The notes beneath the pieces were generated by a model that was given only the letters and a program-made list of their open reading frames with translations, was not told where the DNA came from and did no database searches. A program made the position numbers and the translations under genes. DNA of 32,000 nt from Desulfocapsa sulfexigens DSM 10523 (GTDB lineage: Bacteria > Desulfobacterota > Desulfobulbia > Desulfobulbales > Desulfocapsaceae). The stretch is from positions 3,510,001-3,542,000 of the forward strand of contig NC_020304.1 of the NCBI RefSeq assembly GCF_000341395.1. Direction: 5' to 3'. Numbering within the stretch: position 1 is the first letter of the stretch; each line of letters opens with the position of its first letter. Below, piece by piece: positions 7,603 to 18,600 of this stretch.

Positions 7603-9357
7603 CTACATTGCAACAATGGGAAGATATTCGGGATCCCACCGCATCTTTCTGAGTAACTCAGCCATTCGGATCTCATCCCCCTCATGCTGAAACGTTGAAA
7701 AGACGCAGGGTCTGCTCACGCCATGCTCAACCGCAGACATAGCAACAGCAAGTGCAACCTTAGAACTCACCTCTCTCAAAGTATTCACCGCAGGAACGAG
7801 ACATCCTTCCCTCATATCCGCCTTGGACACACAGGATGAAACAGCATGGGCCGCTGCGGTAAAGAATTGGGGAAGGACCTCTCTTGCACCTGAACCCAGA
7901 ACACCAAGCCCCACGCCAGGAAAAACAAAAACATTATTGCATTGGCCAATATGGTGAGTCACACCATTATGGGTCACTGGAGCAAAGGGACTGCCCGTGG
8001 CAACCAGTGCTTTCCCATCGGTCCAGCGGTAAATGTCCTCCGGCAGTGCCTCGGTCATCGAAGTTGGATTGGAAAGCGGCATAATCACTGGTCTATCGGT
8101 ATTACCAGCCACAGCCTCTACAACTTCCTGAGTAAAGCAACCACCCTGTCCTGATGTACCGATCAATACCGTCACTCCCGCTCTTTTAACAGCTTCAAGC
8201 AGAGATTGATTTGCGGGATCTTTCAGCCATGGAAATTTTTCCTTGTCCTTTGCAAATTTAAGTTTGTATTCTTCAATATCACGATCACTTGTGACCACAC
8301 CACGGGAATCCAGGGTGAATATCCTGTCCTTTGCCTCTTCCTCAGTAAGTCCCGCCTCAATCAGCGCGACACCTATCTGCTCTGCAACACCAACGCCACC
8401 AGCACCAGCACCATGAATAAGAAAAACCTGGTTTTCAAGTTTTTCCAGCTTAATACGCATGGCAGTTAAGATCCCCGCCAGGGTCACTGCCCCTGTCCCC
8501 TGAATGTCATCGTTAAAAGATATCAGGTCGTGGAGGTATGTATCACGAATGGCAAAGGCGTTCTGTTTAGAGAAATCCTCCCACTGGCACAGAGCATTAG
8601 GAAACACATTTCTGAAGGCGTGAGCGAAACGTCTTATAAATTCAAGATACTCGTCTCCAACGATACGATGATGACGCCAGCCAAGATAATCACTGTCTGC
8701 AAGCAGAGCCTCATTATTCGTACCAACATCCAGGGAAATCGGCAGACAATGCCACGGGGCAACACCTGCCCCCTGTGTATAGAGCATCAGCTTACCGAGA
8801 CAGATAGCAATACCACCAGCCCCCTGATCTCCAATACCAAGAATTCCCTGATTATCAGTAACCACAGCCACCCTGATATCACGATGCAGATAGCGACGCA
8901 GGATATTCTCTGCCTGATCTATATTGCCTGGATAAAAATGAAGACCATTGGCCTGGCGAAACATGGATGAGTACTGTTGCACGGCAAGCCCAACCGTTGG
9001 TGTATAGATTATCCCCATCAGGTTTTCAATATCGCTCTTAATCAACGCATGAGCAAGTGCCACATTTCTGTCAAAGAGAGATCGCAGATAGATGAATTTT
9101 TCTATGGGTTGTTCTTTTGAGTTTACTTTTATCTTGGAATTCTCCACCTGATGTTCCAGGCTCCTGACGGCAGGAGGCAAAGCAGCTTCAAGCCCAAGCC
9201 GTTTTCTTTCTGACAAAGTAAAAGCTGTACCCTTATTCACATAGCTGATACCGTGAACACTCGTACCGCTGGAATAGACAAGTATTTCCCTGGTGTTACC
9301 ATATTCATCGTATTTAAAACCGTATTGATTTTCAGACATTTCCATACTCCCGGGCAT
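7603..9357 (-). CDS. maeA: NAD(P)-dependent malic enzyme (malolactic/MaeA-type); the start may be the inner ATG at 9339
   Basis: 584 aa with GIIYTPTVGLAVQQYSSMFR, VAVVTDNQGILGIGDQGAGGIAICLGKL, FNDDIQGTGAVTLAGI, IHGAGAGGVGVAEQI, MPLSNPTSMTEALPEDIY and GQCNNVFVFPGVGLG. Confidence 0.95.
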   Translation of the reverse strand: MPGSMEMSENQYGFKYDEYGNTREILVYSSGTSVHGISYVNKGTAFTLSERKRLGLEAALPPAVRSLEHQVENSKIKVNSKEQPIEKFIYLRSLFDRNVALAHALIKSDIENLMGIIYTPTVGLAVQQYSSMFRQANGLHFYPGNIDQAENILRRYLHRDIRVAVVTDNQGILGIGDQGAGGIAICLGKLMLYTQGAGVAPWHCLPISLDVGTNNEALLADSDYLGWRHHRIVGDEYLEFIRRFAHAFRNVFPNALCQWEDFSKQNAFAIRDTYLHDLISFNDDIQGTGAVTLAGILTAMRIKLEKLENQVFLIHGAGAGGVGVAEQIGVALIEAGLTEEEAKDRIFTLDSRGVVTSDRDIEEYKLKFAKDKEKFPWLKDPANQSLLEAVKRAGVTVLIGTSGQGGCFTQEVVEAVAGNTDRPVIMPLSNPTSMTEALPEDIYRWTDGKALVATGSPFAPVTHNGVTHHIGQCNNVFVFPGVGLGVLGSGAREVLPQFFTAAAHAVSSCVSKADMREGCLVPAVNTLREVSSKVALAVAMSAVEHGVSRPCVFSTFQHEGDEIRMAELLRKMRWDPEYLPIVAM

Positions 9358-9411
9358 TTTGCCACATTGGGAAATTGACTTTTAGCCTGCAATCCTCCAT
9401 AATGCATCACC

Positions 9412-10461
9412 ATGACACACTGGAAAAAAATCCTGCAAAACTCGGTGAATAGTCCAACAGAACTTGCACACCATTTTGATTTTAATTGTAGCGCATTGGA
9501 AGCAACAAACGCAAGCTTTCCCATGCGAATTAATCCTTATTATTTAGGCCTCATCCAATCGGTCAACGACCCCCTCTGGAGACAGGCAGTTCCCGACCCT
9601 CTTGAACTTAATGATTTCGTATGCATACCCGATCCGCTTGCAGAGGAGGACTTAAGCCCGGTACCTAATCTGGTTCATAAATATCCCGACAGAGTTCTTT
9701 TCCTGGTTACCAGTGAGTGCGCAATGTACTGCAGATTCTGCACCCGAAAGCGTAAAGTAGGAACGCCCAAAATGGCAATCACTGAAGAATCCATCGAGGC
9801 AGGGATACATTATATACAAAAAAATAAAGAGATCAGAGAGGTTCTTCTTTCGGGTGGAGATCCGCTAATGTTATCAGACCGTAAACTCGACTCTCTACTT
9901 TGTCGGATTCGTGCAATTCCAAGCGTTGAAGTCATTCGCATAGGTACCAGAATCCCATGTACCCTTCCAATGCGTGTAACAAAAGAGCTTGCGACCATGC
10001 TCAAAAGACATCATCCTCTCTATATCAACACTCACTTCAACCACCCAAGGGAACTCACGCCCCAGGCAACTGAGGCCTGTACTCTTCTTGCCGACGCCGG
10101 AATCCCCTTGGGTTGCCAGACAGTTCTCCTCAAAGGTGTTAATGATAACGCAGAAACGCTCAAGAAACTCTTCCTCGGACTGCTCCGGATGAGGGTAAAA
10201 CCCTATTATCTCTTTCAGGGAGATCTTACCAGGGGTACTAACCACTTCCGCACTCACACCCGTGACGGAATAGAGATAATGCGGGATCTCATCGGAACGA
10301 TATCCGGAATGGCAATTCCAACTTTTGCCCTCGATGCACCAGGGGGGAAAGGCAAAATCCCACTTACTCCGGATTACATTCTTAACAGCACTGAACAGCT
10401 CACCTTTCATAACTACCAGGGAGTACTCTGTTCCTATCCTGAAAGCGGTGATCCATTATAA
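9412..10461 (+). CDS. KamA-family radical SAM protein (lysine 2,3-aminomutase / EF-P beta-lysylation EpmB-like); substrate not assignable
   Basis: 349 aa. Radical SAM CxxxCxxC in TSECAMYCRFCTRKRKVG, then EVLLSGGDPLMLSD, YYLFQGDLTRGTNHFRT and FALDAPGGKGKIPLTPDYI. Confidence 0.88.
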   Translation: MTHWKKILQNSVNSPTELAHHFDFNCSALEATNASFPMRINPYYLGLIQSVNDPLWRQAVPDPLELNDFVCIPDPLAEEDLSPVPNLVHKYPDRVLFLVTSECAMYCRFCTRKRKVGTPKMAITEESIEAGIHYIQKNKEIREVLLSGGDPLMLSDRKLDSLLCRIRAIPSVEVIRIGTRIPCTLPMRVTKELATMLKRHHPLYINTHFNHPRELTPQATEACTLLADAGIPLGCQTVLLKGVNDNAETLKKLFLGLLRMRVKPYYLFQGDLTRGTNHFRTHTRDGIEIMRDLIGTISGMAIPTFALDAPGGKGKIPLTPDYILNSTEQLTFHNYQGVLCSYPESGDPL

Positions 10462-10694
10462 GAATCCATCAACACGTGAATTATCGAATATTCCTGAGAG
10501 GGGCTTAAATATATCTCAAGTATTTTTTACTTTTCTTGAAATTCATCTCCATAAGAAGATATAATTAAAACAGGGTAGCAACTGTTCTTCAAAAGCTACC
10601 GCTGTCATGGACAAAACGTAATAGGTTGAAAGACGTTCCAGGAACCCTTCAACCACTATCTCTCTTTTCTTTCACTCTTATAAAACAATGAGGC

Positions 10695-12251
10695 TTGGTT
10701 ATGAACCAGGAAGAAACTCTTGCTGCAGTACTCAATTCCGATGAACTCCCAACCCTACCCACCGTTGCCTCTGAGATTATAACCCTCACGGCAAGAGAGG
10801 ACACAACTCTTGCTGACATTGCAAATCTGGTCTCCAAGGACACTGCGCTTTCTGCAAAAATCCTTAAAGTATCCAACTCTGCTTTTTACAGTTTCCCTCA
10901 GCAGATCAGTTCCATCAACCAGGCTGTCTCCATTCTTGGAATTAATGCAGTACGAAGTCTTGTCCTTTCGTTTTCTTTTTTGAGTATGAAGGGAGGCAAA
11001 AAAAAGCTTCATTTTAATTTTGAAAAATTCTGGAAAAATTCCCTTGCTGCAGCCGTTGCCTCAAAGCTTATCCTTGAACGGGTTAAGGGAGCCGACACCG
11101 AGGAAATTTTCATCTGCGGTTTACTGCAGAATCTTGGACAATTGATTACAGCTGTAACATTCCCCAAGGAGTACGATGAAGTACTCGCCAAGATAGGTGA
11201 AAGTCAATATGATGTTCTAAATGCTGAGAACGACACCTTTGGGACCTCCCACCCAACCATAGGCTATGAGGTTGCCAAAAACTGGGGATTCCCTGAAGTG
11301 CTTCTCCTTCCCATCCTGTATCATCACGACCCGCTGCAATATAAAGGTGGGGATAAAAAAATCGAAGTTACCTGCAAGGCATCCTATCTGGCAGACCTCC
11401 TTATTTCCATTCTTTATTCCGACAAACCACAGGAATTTCACAAGCGTTTTCGTAAGGAAGCTAAGGACCTGCTGGGATTGAACAATGAGGACATGGATCA
11501 TATTCTAAACGAGCTGCACACGCAGGTTGATCATGCCGGTGAATACTTTGGTCTCCGCATTAAAAACACCAAGTCTATCCAGGAAATTCTCCAGGAAGCA
11601 AACATCCGACTCAGCCTGATAAACCTCGATTTCGATCAGATGAACCAGGAGCTTATTAAAGCTAAGATAGAACTTGAAAATCTAACTCGCGAACTGAAAG
11701 AAAAAAACAAACTGCTTGGAAATCTAGCGAACATTGACGGTCTGACGGAGATATTCAATCATCGTTATTTCCAAAACAGCCTCGACAATGAAATCGATCG
11801 CGCACTACGCAATGAAACCAACATAGCACTCCTCTTAATCGACATCGATTTTTTTAAGAAATTCAATGACACCTATGGCCATCAGGTTGGTGACTTCATC
11901 CTCAAGGAATTCAGTGCATTGCTTAAAAAAGAAATTCGCAAATATGACACGCTGGCTCGTTATGGCGGAGAAGAATTCACCATCATCCTGCCTGACACCT
12001 CTGCTGACGAGGCCTGTGCAGTCGCTGAAAAACTTTGTTCAGCAGTAAATGATTATGTCTTCAGGGATCCGCAAACCAATTACCACATCACAGCAAGCTT
12101 CGGTGTTTCCTCAGCCAAACCAGTAACGGATGACACTTTTTCCAAAGAAAATTTCATTAAAATGGCCGACGCAGCTCTCTATGACGCCAAGGAAGCCGGG
12201 AGAAACAGAGTAGCTCTCTATGCAGAAAAGAAAAAATGGTATAAATTTTAA
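10695..12251 (+). CDS. HDOD domain plus GGDEF diguanylate cyclase domain signalling protein
   Basis: 518 aa. N-terminal HDOD (LPTLPTVASEIITL...LVSKDTALSAKILKVSNSAFYSFPQQISSINQAVSILGINAVRSLVLSFSF) and C-terminal GGDEF (IDFFKKFNDTYGHQVGDFILKEFS...LARYGGEEFTIILPDTSADEACAVAEKL...ITASFGVSS). Confidence 0.93.
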   Translation: MVMNQEETLAAVLNSDELPTLPTVASEIITLTAREDTTLADIANLVSKDTALSAKILKVSNSAFYSFPQQISSINQAVSILGINAVRSLVLSFSFLSMKGGKKKLHFNFEKFWKNSLAAAVASKLILERVKGADTEEIFICGLLQNLGQLITAVTFPKEYDEVLAKIGESQYDVLNAENDTFGTSHPTIGYEVAKNWGFPEVLLLPILYHHDPLQYKGGDKKIEVTCKASYLADLLISILYSDKPQEFHKRFRKEAKDLLGLNNEDMDHILNELHTQVDHAGEYFGLRIKNTKSIQEILQEANIRLSLINLDFDQMNQELIKAKIELENLTRELKEKNKLLGNLANIDGLTEIFNHRYFQNSLDNEIDRALRNETNIALLLIDIDFFKKFNDTYGHQVGDFILKEFSALLKKEIRKYDTLARYGGEEFTIILPDTSADEACAVAEKLCSAVNDYVFRDPQTNYHITASFGVSSAKPVTDDTFSKENFIKMADAALYDAKEAGRNRVALYAEKKKWYKF

Positions 12252-12323
12252 TCTGTGCTAATCTAGACGAAAGAAAACTCCATACTATGAAGATGGTTTT
12301 CAGTATGATCAGACTCCCATAAA

Positions 12324-13016
12324 ATGAAACAGACTATGACCGAAACTACTTTTAACTACTGTTTTGATTTCCCAGACAACAGTAAAAAACGTTTTCTTAT
12401 CAAACTTGACCCAAACACTTTTGAATATAAACCCTCCAACAGCACTCCACCAGACTGGGCCCTTTTGGGGATTGCCCGATGTGAATGCTGTCGACTTGAT
12501 CTCTCAGAAAATGACTATTGCCCCATTGCAGCAAACATTGCTGACCTTGTTTTCTCATTTAAAGACACAGCATCGCACAAATCCTGTATGGTATCATGCA
12601 TTTCAACCGCTAGGACCTGCAGTAAAGACACCACAGTCCAGGAAGGACTTGCTTCAATCATGGGTATTATCATGGCCACAAGTGGCTGTCCTTCCATGTC
12701 CATCTTAAAACCCATGGCATGTTACCACCTTCCTTTCGCTACCGTCGAAGAGTCCATGTACCGTTCAGTATCGGCCTACCTGTTACGCCAGTATTTTTCA
12801 CACCGAAAGGGTGAAAACTGTGATTTTTTCATGCACCGTATTCAGGAATATTACAGTGAGGTTCAACAGGTGAATGGGGGGATTTTAAAACGAATCAATA
12901 TGACATCTGAAATGGATGCCGATAAAAATGCTATCGTCACCCTCAACGCCCTGGCCCAGATTCTTGTTATGGAGGTTGACGAGGATCTAGACTCCTTAAA
13001 ACGTCTGTTCTCCTGA
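12324..13016 (+). CDS. Conserved-looking uncharacterised protein, possibly DUF6901-like, Cys-rich N-terminal half; the start may be the ATG at 12336
   Basis: 230-aa ORF containing ARCECCRLDLSENDYCPIAANIADLV, SIMGIIMATSGCPSMSILKPMACYHLPFATVEESMYRSVSAYLLRQYF and NAIVTLNALAQIL. Its composition is plausible for a soluble protein and it does not overlap a stronger ORF. The DUF assignment is from memory. Confidence 0.7.
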   Translation: MKQTMTETTFNYCFDFPDNSKKRFLIKLDPNTFEYKPSNSTPPDWALLGIARCECCRLDLSENDYCPIAANIADLVFSFKDTASHKSCMVSCISTARTCSKDTTVQEGLASIMGIIMATSGCPSMSILKPMACYHLPFATVEESMYRSVSAYLLRQYFSHRKGENCDFFMHRIQEYYSEVQQVNGGILKRINMTSEMDADKNAIVTLNALAQILVMEVDEDLDSLKRLFS

Positions 13017-13116
13017 AAACCTTTCAGGTACAGGTGTATTCGTTCTCAGCTGTCCGCAACAGTTCTGTCCTGCGGTCAAACAAGAACCAGTGGAAATACG
13101 AATCTATGACTATTTT

Positions 13117-15624
13117 TTACATCATGGATTCTGGATCCACATCTATCGCTATCCGAATATCCCCCTTTACCAGACTTGAATATCTGCCAAGAACCCTCCC
13201 GCAAATGCCATGCAAGAGAGGAGAATCTGCACCTTTTAACAATACCTGCCAGCGGTAACGGTCACGGATTCTGTCAACCGGAGACGGGGCAGGACCCAGG
13301 ATTTCTATTCCTGCATGCTTTCCAGTACGACAAAGTGCAGCAACCTGAGCTGCAGTACTCTGCACCTGTCCTTCATTCCCTCCTGATATTTTCAGGTTAA
13401 TCATACGTAGAAAAGGTGGAAATTTAGGGTTCGCTCTGTTTTCCATTTCTTTTTGATACAGCCGTTCATAATCATGCACCCTGGCAAATTGAATAGCATA
13501 ATGTTCAGGTCTCAATGTCTGGACTATGACCCGGCCAGGACTGTCACCTCTGCCTGCCCTCCCGGTCACCTGTGACAAAAGCTGATAGGTACGTTCTGCC
13601 CCACGATAATCCGGCATGCTGAGACCGCCATCCGCCCATATCACCCCGACCAGAGTGACATGTGGGAAATCGTGCCCCTTGGCTATCATCTGTGTTCCGA
13701 TCAGAATATCAATTTCGCGTTGATGCATTTTTTTTAGCAATGCAAGAAAGGCTCTCCGGTCGGCTGCCGTATCGGAATCTATTCGTGCCACACGAGCCTC
13801 TGGAAACCTCTCCTGTATTTCCATTTCAATACGTTCAGTACCGTAGCCAACGGGCGTAAGTTTGGTGGATTGACAGGCACCGCAGATTACCTTGTCCTTA
13901 AGGGTATATCCGCAGTAGTGACACACCAGTTTCGCCCTTCTTTTATGATAGGTTAGAGAGACATGGCAGTGGAGACACTTCACCGGTTCCCCGCAATCAC
14001 TGCAAAGATACACCGATGAAAATCCTCTCCGATTCAGTAGAAGAATGGACTGTTTACCCTGTTCAAGATTTAATCCAAGCTCCTTATGGAGTTTTTTGCC
14101 GATAGCTTCCTGATAGTTTTTTTCTTTTTTATCACGCAGATCAACTATCTGTACTGTAGGCAGAGGCCTGTTTTCAACACGTTTCCGCATGCTAAGAAGA
14201 GTAAACTTCCCCTTCATGGCACTCGCAAAACTTGTAACAGTGGGGGTTCCTGAACCAAGAATCACCACTGCCTTGTTATATCGGCCTCGCAGGATGGCCA
14301 GATCACGTCCCTGGTAGCGCAGACCGTCTTCCTGTTTATAGGCACCATCGTGTTCTTCATCAACGACAATAAGGCCCGGATTACTCAGTGGTGCAAAAAC
14401 AGCTGATCGGGCACCAATAACAATTTTCGCACGCCCACTGGCGGCAAGGCTCCACTGATCATAGCGTTCGCCTGGACTTAATCCTGAATGGAGGAGCACC
14501 ACCTGGTCGCCAAAGCGGGACACGAAGTGGGCTTCAAGTTGCGTGGCCAGAGCTATTTCAGGTACAAGCACCAGGACATCACGACCAAGTGTAAGAGTTT
14601 CTTCAGCAGCCCGCAGATACACCTCTGTTTTTCCGCACCCGGTGACACCATGAAGAAGAAAGGGCGTAAATGTCTGTTGTTGCAAAGCAGGGAGAATTTC
14701 GGAAAGCACCTGAGTCTGCTCTTCACTCAGAGATTCCGGTTTTGGAAAGTGGGTCAGTATTTCGCCAAAAGGATTCCTGTAAATCCGTCGTTCTTCGGAA
14801 CAGACCAGTCCCTGTTTTTCCAGTTCTTTTAAAGCCCTGGAAGCGCCACTATACATCCGACGCAGATCCTTTGCAGCAACACTATCAACGCCCTGTTCCC
14901 TGGCGAGTGCTGTCAGGTTCACAAGAGTTCGAATCATGGGGATGCTCAGTTTTTCACCATTAACCAACAGCTGATCTGCTCCCTTTGCCACTGCTGTCTC
15001 CTGCTCAGCCTCGCCCAATTGAGGCAGTTCGATGGTCGTTGTTTTTCTATAGCAGAGTTCCAGCTTTTCACTGGTCTTTACTTTATCGAGGACATCCACG
15101 ATACGTATCAGTTTTTTTTGTTTCAGTTCGTCAATAGCCTTTGAAAATTGCGTTTCTATAAGTATTTTTTTTGTTACAGCAGCACTTAATTCCTTGCCAG
15201 CAAGTAGCGAGGAAAACCAGTCAGGCGCAGCAATGTTCGGATCTGGCCATCTGATAGTGTTTTTTTCAACATCAGGCATTACCTGCAGCACCTTACGGTT
15301 ACGAAGGGTAAGCCCTCCGGGAAGTGCCGTCTTCACCACCTCGCCAATGGGATAATGGTAATAGTCCGCAATCCATTTAAAAAAAGGCACAAGATTTTCC
15401 GGAAAAAGAGGTTTGTCCCTGTCATCAAGAAAGCGAAGAACGGGAAGTATCCGGAAACTGACATCCTCATCTGGCAGGAGTCCGAGCACATACCCTGTAA
15501 CCTTCTGCGGCCCAAGACGTACGAGTACCCTTCTCCCGACAGGATCACCATCCTTATCAGAATCAAACGAATAGGACAGGGTCTGAAACAGCGGGGCGGC
15601 AACAGCCACCTCAATTCTACTCAT
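13117..15624 (-). CDS. priA: Primosomal protein N' (replication restart helicase PriA)
   Basis: 835 aa. GVTGCGKTEVYLRAAEETL (Walker A), VDEEHDGAYKQEDGLRYQGRDLA, zinc-binding region CSDCGEPVKCLHCHVSLTYHKRRAKLVCHYCGYT...CGACQ, and GTERIEMEIQERFPEARVARIDSDTA...GTQMIAKGHDFPHVTLVGVI. AAGGA lies upstream of the ATG. Confidence 0.96.
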   Translation of the reverse strand: MSRIEVAVAAPLFQTLSYSFDSDKDGDPVGRRVLVRLGPQKVTGYVLGLLPDEDVSFRILPVLRFLDDRDKPLFPENLVPFFKWIADYYHYPIGEVVKTALPGGLTLRNRKVLQVMPDVEKNTIRWPDPNIAAPDWFSSLLAGKELSAAVTKKILIETQFSKAIDELKQKKLIRIVDVLDKVKTSEKLELCYRKTTTIELPQLGEAEQETAVAKGADQLLVNGEKLSIPMIRTLVNLTALAREQGVDSVAAKDLRRMYSGASRALKELEKQGLVCSEERRIYRNPFGEILTHFPKPESLSEEQTQVLSEILPALQQQTFTPFLLHGVTGCGKTEVYLRAAEETLTLGRDVLVLVPEIALATQLEAHFVSRFGDQVVLLHSGLSPGERYDQWSLAASGRAKIVIGARSAVFAPLSNPGLIVVDEEHDGAYKQEDGLRYQGRDLAILRGRYNKAVVILGSGTPTVTSFASAMKGKFTLLSMRKRVENRPLPTVQIVDLRDKKEKNYQEAIGKKLHKELGLNLEQGKQSILLLNRRGFSSVYLCSDCGEPVKCLHCHVSLTYHKRRAKLVCHYCGYTLKDKVICGACQSTKLTPVGYGTERIEMEIQERFPEARVARIDSDTAADRRAFLALLKKMHQREIDILIGTQMIAKGHDFPHVTLVGVIWADGGLSMPDYRGAERTYQLLSQVTGRAGRGDSPGRVIVQTLRPEHYAIQFARVHDYERLYQKEMENRANPKFPPFLRMINLKISGGNEGQVQSTAAQVAALCRTGKHAGIEILGPAPSPVDRIRDRYRWQVLLKGADSPLLHGICGRVLGRYSSLVKGDIRIAIDVDPESMM

Positions 15625-15645
15625 GCACCAGAATTCCTTTTTTAA

Positions 15646-18600
15646 ATGACAGATGAATTTTTCCCGTGTACAAATCAGCAGCCGGCCTTATACCATATTT
15701 TCCGTTTAACAACATCGCCTACCATGCAACTCAACTATCCAGCAGAAATTCCTATTGTCTCCTATCGGGAATCATTTCTCGAACTTTTGAAGGAACATCA
15801 AGTTATTATAGTATCTGGAGAGACTGGCTCTGGGAAAACCACTCAACTGCCAAAATTCTGCCTTGAGCATTTCCCCGACACTTCCTTTCACATAGGCTGT
15901 ACCCAACCACGAAGAGTCGCAGCAACCTCTGTTTCTTCACGTGTTGCTACGGAACTTGGTTCCCACAAACAGCTAGTGGGATATAAAATACGATTCCATG
16001 ATAAGACCACCAGTGAGACAAGAATCAAATTTATGACCGACGGTGTATTGCTTGCAGAGACAAGAAAAGATCCACTGTTAAAAAAATATGGCGTTATCAT
16101 AATAGATGAGGCCCATGAACGAAGCCTCAACATAGATTTTCTTCTTGGATACCTCAAAAATATCCTTCCCAATCGACCAGATCTAAAAGTAATCATCACC
16201 TCAGCAACCATTGACACTGCAATTTTCTCAAGACATTTTGACAACGCACCGATCATGGCGGTTGAGGGACGCAGTTACCCGGTAGAAGTTCGCTATAGAA
16301 AGGACCCTGATAATGATGAGGGGGAAGATACCTCCTATGTTGAAGAATGTGTTGAAACCATAGTCGAATTACACCGAAGAGAGATCCCTGAAGATACCCT
16401 GATCTTTCTTCCTACCGAAAAAGATATTCGAGAATGTTGTGAGCTTCTTTCAGGGAAACTTTCAAACACTCTGGTACTCCCCATGTTCGGACGCCTGGCC
16501 GCAGCCGACCAGAAAAAAATATTTAAGCCTTCCCCGCTCACCAAGGTTATCGTTGCGACAAACGTTGCGGAAACTTCAATTACGGTTCCTGGAATTCGCT
16601 ATGTCATAGACTCGGGACTTGCCCGCATATCCCAGTATAATGTCCGGGCACGAACTACCAGTCTCCCGATCACCAGAATATCACGCGCAAGCGCAGACCA
16701 GCGAAAAGGGCGTTGCGGACGTGTAGGACCAGGGATCTGTATCAGACTCTATTCTGAAGCGGATTATCTGGATCGCGATCAGTATATGCTGCCAGAAATC
16801 AAACGTTCGAATCTGGCCGATGTTATACTGCAGATGATAAGTATGAACCTTGGTTCGCCTCTGGATTTCCCGTTCATCGAACCACCTCATCCAGGTGCCA
16901 TCAGAGATGGCTACAATCTCCTCAAAGAACTTGGTGCCCTGCGACCAGACAATCGGTTGAACCGCATAGGTAGGCTGATGGCCAGACTTCCTATAGATCC
17001 CCCTATCTCACGAATCCTGATTGCTGCACGTGAAAACAACTGTGTACGGGAAATAAAAATCATCGCCCCGGCACTCGCCATCCAGGATCCACGTGTCCGT
17101 CCTGCTGACAAAGAAGCCCTGGCAGATGCAGCCCATAAGAAATTCGCTCACGAACATTCAGATTTTTTGAGCCTGCTCAATATCTGGGAGCTTTTTCACA
17201 GTGTAAAGGAGAAGGGGCATTCATGGGGACGATTAAAAAAGTTCTGCAAAAGTCACTTCCTCTCCTTTCAACGGATGCGTGAATGGATAGATCTCCATGA
17301 GCAGTTAAGCAATATCCTGGAACGGGAAAAGGGATTTATTGATAATCAAACTCCGGCATCCTATCCGGCGATTCACAAAAGTCTCTGCACCGGTTTCCTG
17401 AGAAATATCGGTATAAAAAACGAGAAGGAAAAGAAACTCTACCACGGTGCCGGTGGTAAGGAATTCATGGTTTTCCCTGGTTCACACCAATTCCACAGCT
17501 CTGGAAAATGGCTTATCGGAGCAACATTTCTCGAAACCAATCGACTCTACGCCCTGACCGTTGCCAACGTTGAGGTTGAATGGCTTATCGATGCTTCTAC
17601 CCACCTCAGCCGCAGATCGTGGTCCAACCCACGCTGGCAGAAAAAAAGCGGTCAGGTGGTAGCCGATGAAAAAATCAGCCTCTTTGGCCTTATCCTCTCT
17701 GCTGACAGAACAGTAAATTTTGGCAGGACAGGAAAGAAGAATCAGAAAGAGGCACGACAGATTTTTATCCAGCACGCACTTCTCGAAAATGATATTCAGG
17801 GAAACTATTCTTTTCTCCAAAATAACATCGATATCCTGAAAAAATGGCAGGACACGGAAGAACGACTCCGAAAACGTGACCTGGTCGTCGACGATACAAG
17901 TCTCCGGAACTTTTACGACGCCAGACTTCCAGCAGATGTCTATGACAGATTCACCTTGAACCGTTTTCTTTCCCGTAACAAGGATCAAAGTTTCCTCAAT
18001 ATGAAAGAGGAGGATATTCTCGCTCGCAGACCTGAAGACAGGGAGTTACAGGATTTCCCCAAGGAACTGCGTATGGGATCACACACACTTCAACTCAGTT
18101 ACAACCTGACACCCGGAAAGGAGGATGATGGCGTGACCGTACGTATCCCGGTGGATGGCGTTGAAAACTTTTCCGAGTCAGTTTTCGAATGGCTTGTGCC
18201 AGGGCTTCTTCGTGAAAAAGTAAACTTTCTTCTTAAAGGCCTCCCTAAGCGGCTACGGAAACACCTTATCCCTATCCCTAACACGGTGGATCTGCTCCTC
18301 GATGACTGCAACCATTACCAGGGATCTTTGTACCACGCGCTCGAACGTGGCATCTTCAAGATGTTCCGGTTAAGAGTTGGCCGTTCCGACTGGCCTGAAA
18401 TTCTGCCGTCGCACCTCACCATGCGTTATCTTCTATACGATACCAGTGGCAGAACAGTGGCAACTGGAAGAATCCTTCACAAACTTGCCCACAGTGTCAG
18501 CTCTGCTTCCCCCTGTAAGATCACCCCGGATAAAAAAACACAAAATTCACTTGATCGGTGGCAAGATACCCTTTTCCAGAAATGGGATTTTGATGGACTC

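Noticed and set aside
7467-7685. 72-aa minus ORF at the end of maeA
   Set aside because: It overlaps the conserved maeA C-terminus in another frame and spans the hairpin. Its composition is not protein-like.
9895-10410. 171-aa minus ORF
   Set aside because: Antisense shadow of the KamA-family gene, which has full family motifs.
10625-10653. Possible hairpin GTTGAA...GTTCCaGGAAC...TTCAAC between the KamA and HDOD-GGDEF genes
   Set aside because: The outer stem is only 6 bp with mismatched spacing, the inner palindrome has a tight loop, and it lacks a U-run. Too weak to call a terminator or operator.
13012-13028. Short inverted repeat CCTGAAA-acc-TTTCAGG at the stop of the 230-aa gene
   Set aside because: The stem is 7 bp and AT-rich with no following T-tract. 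It could be chance, so it is not listed as a terminator.
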